Shown: positions 44,598 through 56,141, numbered from the stretch's first letter. The stretch is DNA of 64,000 nt from Kofleriaceae bacterium (GCA_048500355.1 JASNYD010000006.1:224211-288210); one strand, 5' to 3'. Notes: a model not told the origin generated them from the letters alone. Numbers and translations are program-made.

Positions 44598-45544
44598 TGT
44601 CCGCCCCCGCACCTGAGGTAGCCTTGCCGGCGGTGGCCGCCCGGACCCGTGCCCAGCGTGCGAGCGGCCCGGGCGAGCGCGTCATCGAGCTCGGCCTGGC
44701 CGCCTGCAGCGCGGTGTCGATCGTGGTCACGGTCGGCATCGTGCTGGTGCTGGTGTTCGAGGCCGCCGAGTTCTTCCGCGCGATCCCGCTGACGAAGTTC
44801 TTCGGCGACACCGAGTGGACGCCGCTGTTCAAGGACAACCAGCACTTCGGCATCTGGCCGCTGGTGATGGGCACGCTCGTGACCTCGGCCATCGCCATGG
44901 CGGTGGCCCTGCCCTTCGGCCTGCTGGCCGCGATCTACCTGTCCGAGTACGCGGCGCCGCGCACCCGGCGCATGCTCAAGCCGGCGCTCGAGCTGCTGGC
45001 CGGCGTGCCCACGATCGTCTATGGCTACTTCGCGCTGACGGTGCTGACGCCGTTCCTGCAGCAGTTCATCCCCGGCCTGGCCGGCGGCAACATGCTGTCC
45101 CCCGGCATCGTCATGGGCATCATGATCATCCCGATGGTGTCGTCGCTGGCCGAGGACGCCATCTACGCCGTGCCCGACAGCCTGCGCGAGGGCGCGCTCG
45201 GCCTCGGCGCCGGCAAGCTGCCGACGATCCTGCGCGTGGTGGTGCCGTCGGCGTGGTCGGGCATCGCCGCCGCCATGACCCTGGCGGTGTCGCGCGCGAT
45301 CGGCGAGACGATGATCGTCGCGATCGCCGCCGGCAACCAGGCCAAGTTCACGACCGACCCGCGCGAGCCGGCGGAGACCATGACCGCCTACATCGTCAAC
45401 ATCTCCAAGGGCGACATCCCCAACGGCACGCTCGAGTACCGCACGATCTTCGCGGTCGGCCTGGTGCTGTTCGCGATGACGCTGATCATGAACCTCATCA
45501 CCTACCGCCTGTCGCGCAAGCTGCGCGCGCAGAGCCGGGCGTGA
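44597..45544 (+). CDS. pstC: phosphate ABC transporter permease
   Basis: ATG overlaps pstS stop (ATGA-type coupling); EAA-loop permease; 6 TM. Confidence 0.9.
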   Translation: MSAPAPEVALPAVAARTRAQRASGPGERVIELGLAACSAVSIVVTVGIVLVLVFEAAEFFRAIPLTKFFGDTEWTPLFKDNQHFGIWPLVMGTLVTSAIAMAVALPFGLLAAIYLSEYAAPRTRRMLKPALELLAGVPTIVYGYFALTVLTPFLQQFIPGLAGGNMLSPGIVMGIMIIPMVSSLAEDAIYAVPDSLREGALGLGAGKLPTILRVVVPSAWSGIAAAMTLAVSRAIGETMIVAIAAGNQAKFTTDPREPAETMTAYIVNISKGDIPNGTLEYRTIFAVGLVLFAMTLIMNLITYRLSRKLRAQSRA

Positions 45545-45554
45545 GGCGCGCGCC

Positions 45555-46439
45555 ATGAAGCCGGTCCCCCCCCCCATCGACATCAGCGGTCGCCGCGAGG
45601 GCGTGTGGTTCGAGCGCGGCTTCGTGTGGGTGTGCCGGGTCGCCATCGTCCTGCCGCTGGTCACCCTGGTCTGGCTCCTGGGCGGCGTGATCGCCCGCGG
45701 CCTCGGCCGCATCGACCTCGGCTTCCTGCTCGACGCCCCGTCCCAGCTCGACGCCACCACCGGCGGCATCTGGCCGGCGCTGATGGGCAGCCTGTGGCTC
45801 ATCGTCATCACCGCCGCGGTGTCGCTGCCGGTCGGGGTCGGGGCCGCGCTCTACCTCGAGGAGTACGGCAAGCGGACCCGGCTGGGCACGGTGGTCGAGA
45901 TCGCGATCGCCAACCTCGCCGGCGTGCCGTCGATCATCTACGGCATGCTGGGCCTGGGCCTGTTCGTGCGCTGGATGGCGCTGGGCGAGACCGTCATCGC
46001 CGGCGCCCTGACCCTGGCCCTGCTGGTGCTGCCGGTGGTGATCATGTCGTCGCGGGAGGCCCTGCGCACGGTCAAGGACTCGCTGCGCGAGGCCGCGCTC
46101 GGCCTGGGCGCCACCCGCTGGCAGACCACCCGCCACGTCGTCCTGCCCATGGCCATCCCCGGCATCCTGACCGGCGCCATCCTCGCGATCTCCCGGGCCA
46201 TCGGCGAGACCGCGCCGCTGGTGGTGGTGGGCGCGGTCGCCTTCATCCTCTACGCCCCCGACGGGCTCGACGCCGAGTACACGGCCCTGCCCATGCAGAT
46301 CTTCCAGTGGACGTCCAACCCCCGGCGCGAGTTCCTGACCAACGCCGCGGCCGGCATCGTGGTCCTGATGTTCACGCTGTTCCTGCTCAATTCGGTCGCC
46401 ATCCTGTTGCGCAACCGCTTCCAGAAACGCATGTACTAG
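45555..46439 (+). CDS. pstA: phosphate ABC transporter permease
   Basis: PstA-type permease, [13 protein letters not shown] region. Confidence 0.9.
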   Translation: MKPVPPPIDISGRREGVWFERGFVWVCRVAIVLPLVTLVWLLGGVIARGLGRIDLGFLLDAPSQLDATTGGIWPALMGSLWLIVITAAVSLPVGVGAALYLEEYGKRTRLGTVVEIAIANLAGVPSIIYGMLGLGLFVRWMALGETVIAGALTLALLVLPVVIMSSREALRTVKDSLREAALGLGATRWQTTRHVVLPMAIPGILTGAILAISRAIGETAPLVVVGAVAFILYAPDGLDAEYTALPMQIFQWTSNPRREFLTNAAAGIVVLMFTLFLLNSVAILLRNRFQKRMY

Positions 46440-46446
46440 GGTCCTC

Positions 46447-47238
<792 letters not shown>

Positions 47239-47321
47239 TCCCGGACCGACCCGCGCGCACGCTCCCGGAGACGTTGCGGTCCCGTCACCGGGCCGTCATC
47301 TGGTGAGACGATGCTGCCACC

Positions 47322-48620
47322 GTGCCGACCCCGAAGCGCGTCGCGTTCGCAGCCCTCCTGACACACGTCGTCGCCACCGGCGGCCTCGCCGCCGCCCAGC
47401 CCGCGGGCCCCGCCGATCCCGACGAGGCCAGCCCCGCCGACCTCGCCGCTGGTGCCCCCGCCACCCCCGAGGGCGACCCGCCCGCCGACGGCGAGGAGGT
47501 CGAGGCCGAGGAGGTGGGCGAGCCGATCATCGATCGCGGCGAGCCCCGGGCCGAGGCCGGCTTCGACAAGGGCTTCTTCATCAAGAGCGCCGACGGCAAG
47601 TACAGCATGACGGTGACCGGGCGCGTCCACCCCTACTACAGCCTCGACCGCCGCACCGGGCCCGTCGACTACCGTCAGGCCTTCGAGGTGCGGCGCGCCC
47701 GCCTGGTCTTCGACGGCGACGTCCACGGCGATCACCTCGGCTACAAGCTGCAGATCGACTTCGGGCGCGGCGTGGTGACGCTCAAGGACTTCCACTTCGA
47801 CCTGGCGCTGGCCGACCAGGTCTGGCTGCGCGTCGGCCAGTGGAAGCGGCCGTTCTCGCGCCAGCACATCACCTCGAGCGGCCGCCAGGAGCTGACCGAC
47901 CGCGCGATCACCGACAAGGCCTTCGGCGCCGGCCGCGACGTCGGCCTCGCGCTGCGCAACGACTACGAGAAGTCGCCCGATCTCGAGTGGACCGTGGGCG
48001 TGTTCAACGGCACCGGCGACGCCGCCCGCCTGACCGGCACGGTCGAGGTCGACCCGGTCACCGGCGAGGGCACGATCACCGGCGGCGGACTGTCCAACGT
48101 GCCGACGACCTTCCGGCCGGCCGTCATCGGCCGCGTCGGCCTCAACGGCGGCAAGATCAAGGGCTACAGCGAGGCCGACCTCGAGGGCGGCGGCCTGCGC
48201 TGGGGCGCGGCGGCCAGCGTGTGGCTCGAGGGCGATCTCGACGAGAACGACGCGTCCAACCAGAAGGTCGAGCTCGACTACGTGGTCAAGCACTCCGGCT
48301 TCACCACCACCGGCGGCTTCTACGGCATGACCGCGCAGACCGCGGCCCAGACCTTCTCCAGCCAGGAGCTGGCCTTCGTCGGCTTCCACCTCCAGGCCGG
48401 CTACATGGTCACGCCCCGCGTCCAGCTCGCCGCCCGCTACGCGCTGGTCGACGCCCGGCTCGACGACAGCAAGGACCAGCAGGAGCTGGCGCTCGGCGGC
48501 AGCTTCTACGGCCACAAGCACGACGCCAAGCTGGCGGCGGCGCTGCGGCTGTTCAAGAACGGCGACGCCGGCTTCGGCGACGCGATCCTGCTCGAGGTGT
48601 CGAGCAACGTCGGCTGGTAG
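47322..48620 (+). CDS. outer-membrane porin, putative phosphate-selective (OprO/OprP-like), paralog 1
   Basis: Signal peptide, acidic Pro/Asp/Glu linker, beta-barrel-like alternating pattern; immediately downstream of pstSCAB. Confidence 0.65.
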   Translation: MPTPKRVAFAALLTHVVATGGLAAAQPAGPADPDEASPADLAAGAPATPEGDPPADGEEVEAEEVGEPIIDRGEPRAEAGFDKGFFIKSADGKYSMTVTGRVHPYYSLDRRTGPVDYRQAFEVRRARLVFDGDVHGDHLGYKLQIDFGRGVVTLKDFHFDLALADQVWLRVGQWKRPFSRQHITSSGRQELTDRAITDKAFGAGRDVGLALRNDYEKSPDLEWTVGVFNGTGDAARLTGTVEVDPVTGEGTITGGGLSNVPTTFRPAVIGRVGLNGGKIKGYSEADLEGGGLRWGAAASVWLEGDLDENDASNQKVELDYVVKHSGFTTTGGFYGMTAQTAAQTFSSQELAFVGFHLQAGYMVTPRVQLAARYALVDARLDDSKDQQELALGGSFYGHKHDAKLAAALRLFKNGDAGFGDAILLEVSSNVGW

Positions 48621-48684
48621 CCGGGGCCGGGCGCCCGGTGGCTCGCCGGCCCCCGACCCGACCGTATCTGTCTATGATGCCGGG

Positions 48685-50001
48685 ATGGGGCCCCCTCTGT
48701 CGCCACGCCCGCCCGCCGTCACCGCCGCGCTCGCCGTCGCCCTCGGGTTGACGCTCCTCGCCGACGCCGGCCTCGCCCGGGCCCAGCCCGCCGACGAGGA
48801 CGAGGCCTCGCCCGCCGATCTCGGCGAGCCCGACGCCGACCCCGGCGGCGACGCGGCCGGGGAGGACGAGGAGGTCGAGGCCGAGGAGATCGGCGGCCCC
48901 GAGATCGATCGCGGCGAGGGCGTGACCGAGGTCGGCTTCGCCGACGGCTTCTTCATCAAGGCCGCCGGCGGCAAGTACACGCTGCGCCTGAGCGGCGGCG
49001 TGCAGCCGGCCGCCACCCTGACCCGGACCACCGGCCCCAGGGACTGGACCGGCGCGTTCTCGGTCCGGCGCGCCCGCCTCGCCCTCGACGGCAACCTCCA
49101 CGGCAAGGCCCTGCGCTACGGCCTCCAGCTCGACGCCGGCGGCGGCGTGGTCTCGGCCCAGGATCTCTACCTCGACGTCGCGCTGGGCCAGCGGCTGTGG
49201 CTGCGCGCCGGCCAGTGGAAGCGGCCGTTCTCGCGCCAGCAGCTCACGCCCTATCAGCGCCTCGAGCTCGGCGAGCGCGCGATCACCGACGCCGTCTTCG
49301 GCGCCGGCCGCGATCTCGGCGTCGCCGTGCACAACGACCCCGGGCGCGCGTCCGGCCTGGAGTGGGCGGTGGGCGTGTTCAACGGCACCGGCGCGGCGCC
49401 GTGGCTCGGCGGCACGGTCGCGACCGATCCGGCGACCGGGGCCGGGACGATCACCGGCGGCGGCTTCACCAACGTCCCGCGCGAGCTGGCGCCGGCGGTG
49501 GTCGCGCGCGTCGGTCTCGCCGAGGGCGGCGACGGCTACAGCGAGGCCGACCTCGAGGGCGGGCCCCTGCGCTGGGGCGTCGCGGCCAGCGCCTGGCTCG
49601 AGGGCGACCTCGATCGCGACGACGCCTCGAGCCAGCGGGTCCAGCTCGACTACCACGTCAAGGTCGCCGGCTTCGCCTCCACCGGCGGCTTCTACGGCAT
49701 GACCCGCCAGACCGGCGCCCAGCCGTTCTCGACCCAGGAGCTGGCCGCGGTCGGCTTCCACCTCCAGGTCGGCTACCTGGTCGCGCCCCGGCTCCACCTC
49801 GCGGCCCGCTACGCGCTGATCGACGCTCGCCCGGCCGCCGGCGCCGCCGCCGCCGACCAGCACGAGCTCGCGCTCGGCGGCACGTACCACGGCCACGGCC
49901 ACCAGGCCAAGGTCACCGCCAGCGTCCGCCTCGTCAAGACCGGCGACGCCAGCCTGACCGACCTCGTGCTGTTCGAGCTGCTCGGCTTCGTCGGCTGGTA
50001 G
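48685..50001 (+). CDS. outer-membrane porin, putative phosphate-selective (OprO/OprP-like), paralog 2
   Basis: ~50% identical to the preceding gene over full length (shared GFFIK, WLRAGQWKRPFSRQ, WAVGVFNGTG, GFHLQ.GY, ARYAL.DAR, LELLGFVGW). Confidence 0.65.
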   Translation: MGPPLSPRPPAVTAALAVALGLTLLADAGLARAQPADEDEASPADLGEPDADPGGDAAGEDEEVEAEEIGGPEIDRGEGVTEVGFADGFFIKAAGGKYTLRLSGGVQPAATLTRTTGPRDWTGAFSVRRARLALDGNLHGKALRYGLQLDAGGGVVSAQDLYLDVALGQRLWLRAGQWKRPFSRQQLTPYQRLELGERAITDAVFGAGRDLGVAVHNDPGRASGLEWAVGVFNGTGAAPWLGGTVATDPATGAGTITGGGFTNVPRELAPAVVARVGLAEGGDGYSEADLEGGPLRWGVAASAWLEGDLDRDDASSQRVQLDYHVKVAGFASTGGFYGMTRQTGAQPFSTQELAAVGFHLQVGYLVAPRLHLAARYALIDARPAAGAAAADQHELALGGTYHGHGHQAKVTASVRLVKTGDASLTDLVLFELLGFVGW

Positions 50002-50026
50002 CCACGGCGCGGGCGGGGCGGGCCTC

Positions 50027-50050
50027 GCGCGCGTCCCATGGGACACGCGC
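50027..50050 (+). terminator. GC-rich hairpin after the porin pair (possible intrinsic terminator, no U-tract)
   Basis: GCGCGTCCC-ATG-GGGAC(A)CGCGC stem-loop ~25 nt after the stop of the second porin. Confidence 0.25.
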
Positions 50051-50152
50051 CGGGGCCGCGGCCGGCGGCGGCCGCCGCGCCAGGCGCTCCGCGAGGTTGC
50101 CGCGGGGCGGGGCCGGGGCCGACGTGGTCCCGGGCTTGCTCTGACCGGGCGC

Positions 50153-51631
50153 ATGAAGCCGTCATCCCCGCACCTCCCCCACCTGCTCGCGATCGCCCTC
50201 CCCTTGCTCGGCCTGGCCGCCGGCTGTCTCGGCGCCGAGGACGAGCTCCTCGCCGAGGACGACCTCGGCACCGAGGCGGCCGCCCTGGTCTCGCCCCAGG
50301 TCGCCGGCCTGTCCTCGAGCGGCGTCCCCGATCCCATGGCCGCGGTCGACGGCGACCTCGCCACCGGGACCACGGTCGACAGCGCGGTCGGCAACTGCCC
50401 GCTCTACAACAGCGGCCCGTTCATCAAGCTGAACGCCGGGCACTGCCTGTTCACCCCGACCGGCACGACCTTCTTCGGCTGGGCGATGGTCAAGCTGCGG
50501 GTCGGCAACGGCGGCGACGTCGATCTCGTCGAGCTGAGGCTGACCCACGATCGCACCGGCTCGACCGCGAGCCCCGCGCCCCAGACGCTGGTCTACACCT
50601 CGTGGGACGGCAAGGCCTTCAGCGCGCGGGGCGCCTTCACCGCGTCGACCACGCGGACGACCTCGACGATCCGCCTCGTGCCGCCGACCCGGCCCGCGCC
50701 CTACGTCTGGGTCGTCCTCGGCAAGTCGACGGTGTCGGCGGCGGCGCCGGCCGGGCCGACCCTGCGCTGGTTCGAGCTGGCGGCGACCCACCTCGCGCCG
50801 CCCGCCGGCCTGACCGCGCGCGCGGTGTCGGCGACCGCGATCGACCTGAGCTGGGCCGACACCTCGACCGCCGAGACCGGCTTCGAGGTCTTCGTGCAGC
50901 CGGCGGGCGGCGCCTGGCGCAGCCTCGGCCTCGATCCGGGCGGCGCCAACCAGACCTCCGAGCGCATCACCGGCCTCGCCCCCAGCACGACCTACGCCTT
51001 CCAGCTCCGCGCCCGCAGCGGCACGACCTCCTCGCGCCCCAGCAACACGGCGTCGGCGACGACGCCGGCCGGGCCGCCCGGGCGCCTCGCCCTCGTCAAC
51101 AACTCCCAGGTCGACGTCCTCCAGGTCCTGTTCGACGGCGTCGCCCGCGCGCCCAGCCAGGTCGTCGGCAACCAGGGCCTGTTCGACCTCCCGGCCGGCA
51201 CCTACCGCGTGGTCGCGGCGCTCGGCTTCGGCGCTGGCGCCGGCATCGCCGCCGGCGCCGGGGTGTGCGACGCGAGCTGGACCGTCACCGTGGCGTCGGG
51301 CCAGACGGCGACCCTGAGCGTGGCGCCGCTCACCGCCGGCCAGGTGCTCACCCACTGCGGCCCGGCGGCCGACTACGGTCAGGGCGGCTACACCGATTCG
51401 AGCGGCTACCACACGGTCGCGCTGCGCTTCCACGCCAGCGGCGCCTTCGACTACTGGCACGACGACGTCCGCCAGCCGTCGGGCACGATCACCAGCACCA
51501 CGTTCAACCCGCCGTGGCTGACCTTCACGCTCTCCACCGGCGACGTCCTCACGATGGGCTGGCCCTACGGCACCCTCGACGTCCGCGTCGGCACCGCGCC
51601 GGTCCGCCTCCTCCGCGCCACGCCGTGGTGA
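50153..51631 (+). CDS. lipoprotein with fibronectin type III domain (hypothetical)
   Basis: Lipobox LLGLAAGC; FN3-like segment (PPAGLTARAVSATAIDLSWADTSTAETGFEVFVQ...TTYAFQLRARS). Confidence 0.65.
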   Translation: MKPSSPHLPHLLAIALPLLGLAAGCLGAEDELLAEDDLGTEAAALVSPQVAGLSSSGVPDPMAAVDGDLATGTTVDSAVGNCPLYNSGPFIKLNAGHCLFTPTGTTFFGWAMVKLRVGNGGDVDLVELRLTHDRTGSTASPAPQTLVYTSWDGKAFSARGAFTASTTRTTSTIRLVPPTRPAPYVWVVLGKSTVSAAAPAGPTLRWFELAATHLAPPAGLTARAVSATAIDLSWADTSTAETGFEVFVQPAGGAWRSLGLDPGGANQTSERITGLAPSTTYAFQLRARSGTTSSRPSNTASATTPAGPPGRLALVNNSQVDVLQVLFDGVARAPSQVVGNQGLFDLPAGTYRVVAALGFGAGAGIAAGAGVCDASWTVTVASGQTATLSVAPLTAGQVLTHCGPAADYGQGGYTDSSGYHTVALRFHASGAFDYWHDDVRQPSGTITSTTFNPPWLTFTLSTGDVLTMGWPYGTLDVRVGTAPVRLLRATPW

Positions 51632-51737
51632 GCCGGTGGCTGCGTGGCCTGGGTGGAGCTGTCGCCAGGGTGACCTGCCCGATCCTGCCGGTACGGTCGA
51701 TGGCGGCGCGCGCATCCGATGCGCTAGGGTCAACGTC

Positions 51738-52190
51738 ATGTCGATGAACGGGGAGCTCCGCCTGATTCCGCCCGAGCTCATGGATCAGTTGGACGACGAG
51801 GATGTGGTCGACGGCCTGATGGATGGTGACGGGCTCTCCGTCGGCAAGGCGTGGAACGGCTTGCACTACCTCTATTGCGGCGACGGGACGGCGGGCGAGA
51901 GCGCGATCAGCGGTGGCATTCCCCTCGACCATGGCGACACCGGCTACGGGCCGCCGCAGTACCTGACGCCGGACGAGGTCGCGGCCTACGCGCGCGAGCT
52001 CGAAACGCTGACCGATGAGAGGCTCCGCGACGCATACGATGCGAAGGAGATGGAGCAGGAGAGCGTCTATCCGGGTGGCTGGGACGACCCGTCCAATCTG
52101 GAGTGGCTCCTCACAGAAGCGCGCAAGGTGCGCGAGTTCTATCGCGAGGCGTCGGCGAAGGGCGCGGGGGTATTGCAGTTCCTCGCGTAG
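51738..52190 (+). CDS. DUF1877 (YfbM-like) family protein
   Basis: 150 aa; resembles YfbM family (MSMNGELRLIPPELMDQL...LHYLY); noticeably lower GC than flanking genes. Confidence 0.65.
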   Translation: MSMNGELRLIPPELMDQLDDEDVVDGLMDGDGLSVGKAWNGLHYLYCGDGTAGESAISGGIPLDHGDTGYGPPQYLTPDEVAAYARELETLTDERLRDAYDAKEMEQESVYPGGWDDPSNLEWLLTEARKVREFYREASAKGAGVLQFLA

Positions 52191-52475
52191 TCGCTCTGCC
52201 TCGGCGAGAAGGTCGGGCTCCTCGCCGACGCGCGGCTCTGCCCCTGGACTGCGCCAAGTACCTCGCCGAGGAGGGCGACCGCCAGCACCTTCTTCGATCG
52301 TCGGGCGTGGCACGGGTCGTCCGTGTCGTCGCTTCGCGCCCGGTCGGCCTGGGGTGTCTGGTCCCCACGATGCCCTTCGTGTCACCCTGGTCGACGAAGC
52401 CGCGGGGATCACGCGGCCAGGCCCGCCGACAAGCCGCCGGCGACACCCCGGCGGGCGGGCGGATCGCGACACGGG

Positions 52476-53348
52476 CTACCCTTGCGCGTCCACGGCCTGC
52501 ACCGGAGCGCCGACGAGAATCGGTGCCATCAGGTCTTCCAGGCGCCGCCGCCGCTCTCCTGCGACGGGCGTCAGCGCCGTCTCGATCGACTCCGTCAGCT
52601 GGATGTACGTCAGCTCGCCCACCCGATCGACCCGGGCCGGCTCGACCTCCGCCTTGACGCGCGCCAGCCCGCCGATGGCCTCGAGGTGGCCGTCGTGGAG
52701 GTAGGTCCCCCAGCGCGGATGCCGGGCGTACCTGCGACCGATGAACTTGAACCACTCCGCGGCCAGGCTGGTCTGCTTCCGGAACCCTGCGGGCAGCCCG
52801 AGGTCGACGTCGCCCTGGGGCGTGTCGAGGATCAGGTTCATGAGCCACGTGTCGCAGATGGCCAGGTCGTACGTTGGCCACGCCCCGAGGATCGCGTGCA
52901 GCACACCCAGCTCCGTCACCAGCTCGTGCATCAGCTCGATCCAGGCAGCGAACGACTTGCCCGGCGGCAGCTCCGCCGATCGACACGTGACTCGCAGCTG
53001 GAAGGGCTCGTTCCATTCCTCTCGCGAGCGATCGAGGTTGAGCATGACCCTGGTGAAGTTCCCGTCCCCCCTCGCACGGTTCATGTAGAGGCGGCTCAGC
53101 TTGTCGGACCGCAGCCCCTCCAGGATCGGCGCCGAGCCATTCTTCCCTCCCACGCGGACCGACCTCCGGTCGTCTCGCTTGTGCAGCCCCGAGTACGACG
53201 CCCACCACGGGATCCATGGCCACCGCTTGTCGACCAGGAGGTCGGCGACGCGCTGCGCTCGGTCCGGGTCGACCCACACGGCCTTCTCGAAGAACGCCAC
53301 GAGACCGGCATGAGGAAACTGGCTGTTGATGCTCGGTTGCCGTGCCAC
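52476..53348 (-). CDS. Trp-rich 290-aa protein, tandem paralog 1 of 4 (putative immunity protein of the upstream secreted toxin-like protein)
   Basis: GTG start preceded by GGAGTAGGA; MARQPSINSQFPHAGLVAFFEKAVWVDPDRAQRVADLLVDKRWPWIPWWASYSG...; natural amino-acid composition, whereas all other frames are Arg/Pro/Gly junk; no signal peptide. Confidence 0.7.
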   Translation of the reverse strand: MARQPSINSQFPHAGLVAFFEKAVWVDPDRAQRVADLLVDKRWPWIPWWASYSGLHKRDDRRSVRVGGKNGSAPILEGLRSDKLSRLYMNRARGDGNFTRVMLNLDRSREEWNEPFQLRVTCRSAELPPGKSFAAWIELMHELVTELGVLHAILGAWPTYDLAICDTWLMNLILDTPQGDVDLGLPAGFRKQTSLAAEWFKFIGRRYARHPRWGTYLHDGHLEAIGGLARVKAEVEPARVDRVGELTYIQLTESIETALTPVAGERRRRLEDLMAPILVGAPVQAVDAQG

Positions 53349-53694
53349 GCGACATCCTACTCCGAGAGGTCGACCACGAGCGCTGTGTGAACCCCACCTG
53401 GCTGGTGACGCCGCGCTCGCCACGACCTCGCCATCACTGATCGCGACCAGCCGTTCGGGCTTGGATGTCGACGGAGGGGATGGCAGCTCGGATCGCGTCG
53501 CTCCAGGCCGAGATGGCGACCAGGGAGCGCGACGCCGTCGCGCGAACCTGGATCGCCCCGGTCGGCCTGGGGTGTCTGGTCCCCTCGATGCCCTTCGTGT
53601 CACCCTGGTCGACGAAGCCGCGGGGATCACGCGGCCCAGGCCCGCCGACAAGCCGCCGGCGACACCCCGGCGGGCGGGCGGATCGCGACACGGG

Positions 53695-54567
53695 CTACCC
53701 TTGCGCGTCCACGGCCTGCACCGGGGCGCCGACGAGAATCGGTGCCATCAGGTCTTCCAGGCGTCGCCGCCGCTCTCCTGCGACGGGCGTCAGCGCCGTC
53801 TCGATCGACTCCGTCAGCTGGATGTACGTCAGCTCGCCCACCCGATCGACCCGGGCCGGCTCGACCTCCGCCTTGACGCGCGCCAGCCCGCCGATGGCCT
53901 CGAGGTGGCCGTCGTGGAGGTAGGTCCCCCAGCGCGGATGCCGGGCGTACCTGCGACCGATGAACTTGAACCACTCCGCGGCCAGGCTGGTCTGCTTCCG
54001 GAACCCTGCGGGCAGCCCGAGGTCGACGTCGCCCTGGGGCGTGTCGAGGATCAGGTTCATGAGCCACGTGTCGCAGATGGCCAGGTCGTACGTTGGCCAC
54101 GCCCCGAGGATCGCGTGCAGCACACCCAGCTCCGTCACCAGCTCGTGCATCAGCTCGATCCAGGCAGCGAACGACTTGCCCGGCGGCAGCTCCGCCGATC
54201 GACACGTGACTCGCAGCTGGAAGGGCTCGTTCCATTCCTCTCGCGAGCGATCGAGGTTGAGCATGACCCTGGTGAAGTTCCCGTCCCCCCTCGCACGGTT
54301 CATGTAGAGGCGGCTCAGCTTGTCGGACCGCAGCCCCTCCAGGATCGGCGCCGAGCCATTCTTCCCTCCCACGCGGACCGACCTCCGGTCGTCTCGCTTG
54401 TGCAGCCCCGAGTACGACGCCCACCACGGGATCCATGGCCACCGCTTGTCGACCAGGAGGTCGGCGACGCGCTGCGCTCGGTCCGGGTCGACCCACACGG
54501 CCTTCTCGAAGAACGCCACGAGACCGGCATGAGGAAACTGGCTGTTGATGCTCGGTTGCCGTGCCAC
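53695..54567 (-). CDS. Trp-rich 290-aa protein, tandem paralog 2 of 4 (putative immunity protein)
   Basis: Identical or near-identical to paralog 1; same GTG/RBS context. Confidence 0.7.
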   Translation of the reverse strand: MARQPSINSQFPHAGLVAFFEKAVWVDPDRAQRVADLLVDKRWPWIPWWASYSGLHKRDDRRSVRVGGKNGSAPILEGLRSDKLSRLYMNRARGDGNFTRVMLNLDRSREEWNEPFQLRVTCRSAELPPGKSFAAWIELMHELVTELGVLHAILGAWPTYDLAICDTWLMNLILDTPQGDVDLGLPAGFRKQTSLAAEWFKFIGRRYARHPRWGTYLHDGHLEAIGGLARVKAEVEPARVDRVGELTYIQLTESIETALTPVAGERRRRLEDLMAPILVGAPVQAVDAQG

Positions 54568-54922
54568 GCGACATCCTACTCCGAGAGGTCGACCACGAGC
54601 GCTGTGTGAACCCCACCTGGCTGGTGACGCCGCGCTCGCCACGACCTCGCCATCACTGATCGCGACCAGCCGTTCGGGCTTGGATGTCGACGGAGGGGAT
54701 GGCAGCTCGGATCGCGTCGCTCCAGGCCGAGATGGCGACCAGGGCGGCCAACGGAGCGCGACGCCGTCGCGCGAACCTGGATCGCCCCGGTCGGCCTGGG
54801 GTGTCTGGTCCCCTCGATGCCCTTCGTGTCACCCTGGTCGACGAAGCCGCGGGGATCACGCGGCCAGGCCCGCCGACAAGCCGCCGGCGACACCCCGGCG
54901 GGCGGGCGGATCGCGACACGGG

Positions 54923-55795
54923 CTACCCTTGCGCGTCCACGGCCTGCACCGGAGCGCCGACGAGAATCGGTGCCATCAGGTCTTCCAGGCGCCGCCGCCG
55001 CTCTCCTGCGACGGGCGTCAGCGCCGTCTCGATCGACTCCGTCAGCTGGATGTACGTCAGCTCGCCCACCCGATCGACCCGGGCCGGCTCGACCTCCGCC
55101 TTGACGCGCGCCAGCCCGCCGATGGCCTCGAGGTGGCCGTCGTGGAGGTAGGTCCCCCAGCGCGGATGCCGGGCGTACCTGCGACCGATGAACTTGAACC
55201 ACTCCGCGGCCAGGCTGGTCTGCTTCCGGAACCCTGCGGGCAGCCCGAGGTCGACGTCGCCCTGGGGCGTGTCGAGGATCAGGTTCATGAGCCACGTGTC
55301 GCAGATGGCCAGGTCGTACGTTGGCCACGCCCCGAGGATCGCGTGCAGCACACCCAGCTCCGTCACCAGCTCGTGCATCAGCTCGATCCAGGCAGCGAAC
55401 GACTTGCCCGGCGGCAGCTCCGCCGATCGACACGTGACTCGCAGCTCGTACGGTTCGCTCCATTGCTCCTTCGTAGGATCGAGGTCGAGTGCGACCCTGG
55501 TGAAGTTCCCGTCCCCCCTCGCACGGTTCATGTAGAGGGTACCCATCTTGTCGGACCGCAGCCCCTCCAGGATCGGCGCCGAGCCATTCTTCCCTCCCAC
55601 GCGGACCGACCTCCGGTCGTCTCGCTTGTGCAGCCCCGAGTACGACGCCCACCACGGGATCCATGGCCACCGCTTGTCGACCAGGAGGTCGGCGACGCGC
55701 TGCGCTCGGTCCGGGTCGACCCACACGGCCTTCTCGAAGAACGCCACGAGACCGGCATGAGGAAACTGGCTGTTGATGCTCGGTTGCCGTGCCAC
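54923..55795 (-). CDS. Trp-rich 290-aa protein, tandem paralog 3 of 4 (mosaic variant; putative immunity protein)
   Basis: Same frame and length; central segment KMGTLYMNRARGDGNFTRVALDLDPTKEQWSEPYELRV differs from KLSRLYMNRARGDGNFTRVMLNLDRSREEWNEPFQLRV in the other copies. Confidence 0.7.
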   Translation of the reverse strand: MARQPSINSQFPHAGLVAFFEKAVWVDPDRAQRVADLLVDKRWPWIPWWASYSGLHKRDDRRSVRVGGKNGSAPILEGLRSDKMGTLYMNRARGDGNFTRVALDLDPTKEQWSEPYELRVTCRSAELPPGKSFAAWIELMHELVTELGVLHAILGAWPTYDLAICDTWLMNLILDTPQGDVDLGLPAGFRKQTSLAAEWFKFIGRRYARHPRWGTYLHDGHLEAIGGLARVKAEVEPARVDRVGELTYIQLTESIETALTPVAGERRRRLEDLMAPILVGAPVQAVDAQG

Positions 55796-56141
55796 GCGAC
55801 ATCCTACTCCGAGAGGTCGACCACGAGCGCTGTGTGAACCCCACCTGGCTGGTGACGCCGCGCTCGCCACGACCTCGCCATCACTGATCGCGACCAGCCG
55901 TTCGGGCTTGGATGTCGACGGAGGGGATGGCAGCTCGGATCGCGTCGCTCCAGGCCGAGATGGCGACCAGGGAGCGCGACGCCGTCGCGCGAACCTGGAT
56001 CGCCCCGGTCGGCCTGGGGTGTCTGGTCCCCTCGATGCCCTTCGTGTCACCCTGGTCGACGAAGCCGCGGGGATCACGCGGCCCAGGCCCGCCGACAAGC
56101 CGCCGGCGACACCCCGGCGGGCGGGCGGATCGCGACACGGG

